From Acidobacteriota bacterium (GTDB lineage Bacteria > Acidobacteriota > UBA6911), in the NCBI GenBank assembly GCA_016933615.1, contig JAFGAO010000068.1, forward strand, positions 840-64,839: 64,000 nucleotides of DNA, written 5' to 3'. The notes under the pieces are model-generated. The model was not told where the DNA came from. It searched no databases and was given only the letters and a program-made list of their open reading frames with translations. This document shows, one piece after another, positions 63,521 to 64,000 of the stretch. The position numbers and the translations under genes were made by a program. How positions within the stretch are numbered: position 1 is the first letter of the stretch; each line of letters starts with the position of its first letter.

Positions 63521-64000
63521 TTAATGATATTTTCGCATGACACTGACCACCACACCCTGGATCTTCACCCTTGCTTCATCCAGAATGATCGGGGCCAGCG
63601 ACTCATTGGCCGGCTGAAGCCTTACGCGCCCTCCCTCGGGGTAGTACTTTTTCAGCGTCACTTTTTCATTGTCAATCAACGCAACAACCGTTTCTCCGGG
63701 ATCGGCTGTTTCCCGGGATTCCACGACGACATAATCCCCGTTCCGGATCTGTTCCTCAATCATCGACTCTCCCTGAACCTGCAGGACATAATACCGGCCC
63801 CGGCCGGGAAGAAAAGCGTTCGGAACCTCGAGCGTTTCAGGGGCGGAAACCGCTTCAATAGGCCGGCCGGCGGCGACATATCCGAATAGAGGCAATGCAC
63901 GGATTCCCGGGGATTCTTCGTGCGACAGCTGAATGGACCTGGCGCGGTTGGTATCCCGATGAAGATAGCCGCGGATTTCCAGGGCTTCCAGGTGTTTAAA
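63521..64000 (-). CDS. lexA: LexA repressor (5' end outside window)
   Basis: The frame is open to the window edge. 'FKHLEALEIRGYLHRD' (end of the wHTH), the Ala-Gly cleavage site 'YVAAGRPIE', and the S24 peptidase blocks 'LQVQGESM' and 'VVALIDNEKVTLKKY'. Confidence 0.9.
   Translation of the reverse strand, partial: FKHLEALEIRGYLHRDTNRARSIQLSHEESPGIRALPLFGYVAAGRPIEAVSAPETLEVPNAFLPGRGRYYVLQVQGESMIEEQIRNGDYVVVESRETADPGETVVALIDNEKVTLKKYYPEGGRVRLQPANESLAPIILDEARVKIQGVVVSVMRKYH

Noticed and set aside
1-64000. Defence system, prophage, integrative element or microcompartment
   Set aside because: I recognised no integrase, transposase, phage structural, restriction, Cas, toxin-antitoxin or BMC shell genes in any frame. 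The only mobile-looking features are the small non-coding repeats.

Overview
GC-rich bacterial chromosomal window. I found no rRNA, tRNA, CRISPR array, transposase or integrase. Many long ORFs in the track are antisense or off-frame shadows of real genes. Nt 1-41304 form one dense anaerobic catabolic supercluster in four transcription blocks: (i) minus strand 5582->870, (ii) plus 5939->10938, (iii) plus 12854->30313, (iv) plus 31462->41304. It contains a glycyl-radical enzyme (GRE) with its activase, a glutamate-mutase-like B12 enzyme (E and S subunits only), and a tungsten-type aldehyde:ferredoxin oxidoreductase (AOR) plus a deleted AOR remnant. It also has two OYE-type FMN/FAD/[4Fe-4S] reductases, two family-I CoA-transferases and five family-III CoA-transferase domains (two fused in one 806-aa protein). 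Further genes encode three crotonases, three intact SDRs plus a remnant, a PrpD/MmgE protein, an aldehyde dehydrogenase, a fumarate-reductase/KstD-like flavoprotein, an NPD-type flavoprotein, two desulforedoxin-like mini-ORFs missing from the track, a TRAP transporter and two MFS transporters. I saw no regulator, acyl-CoA ligase, acyl-CoA dehydrogenase or thiolase, and I cannot name the substrate. I regard this as the candidate undescribed system, especially the GRE module and the orphan B12 mutase. The intergenic gaps hold three repeat families: heptad-periodic GTTYNNN/TGAAYNN inverted repeats after stop codons, a REP-like palindrome GGGCGAACACAAGGTTCGCCCCTAC with locus-specific tandem expansions, and one composite 27-nt inverted repeat. 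A GH10 xylanase fragment marks the right edge of the cluster. Nt 41794-64000 carry a PurF-like protein lacking the N-terminal Cys, an amidohydrolase, several transporters (YjiH-like, NSS, DAACS, SSS), two tandem paralogous ~1300-aa secreted VWA-TPR proteins, a GNAT-like protein, a DUF1343/NamZ-like protein, an ADP-ribosylglycohydrolase and a partial LexA. The enzyme content points to a strict anaerobe (possibly Desulfobacterota/Syntrophia-like), but taxonomy cannot be established from the sequence alone.
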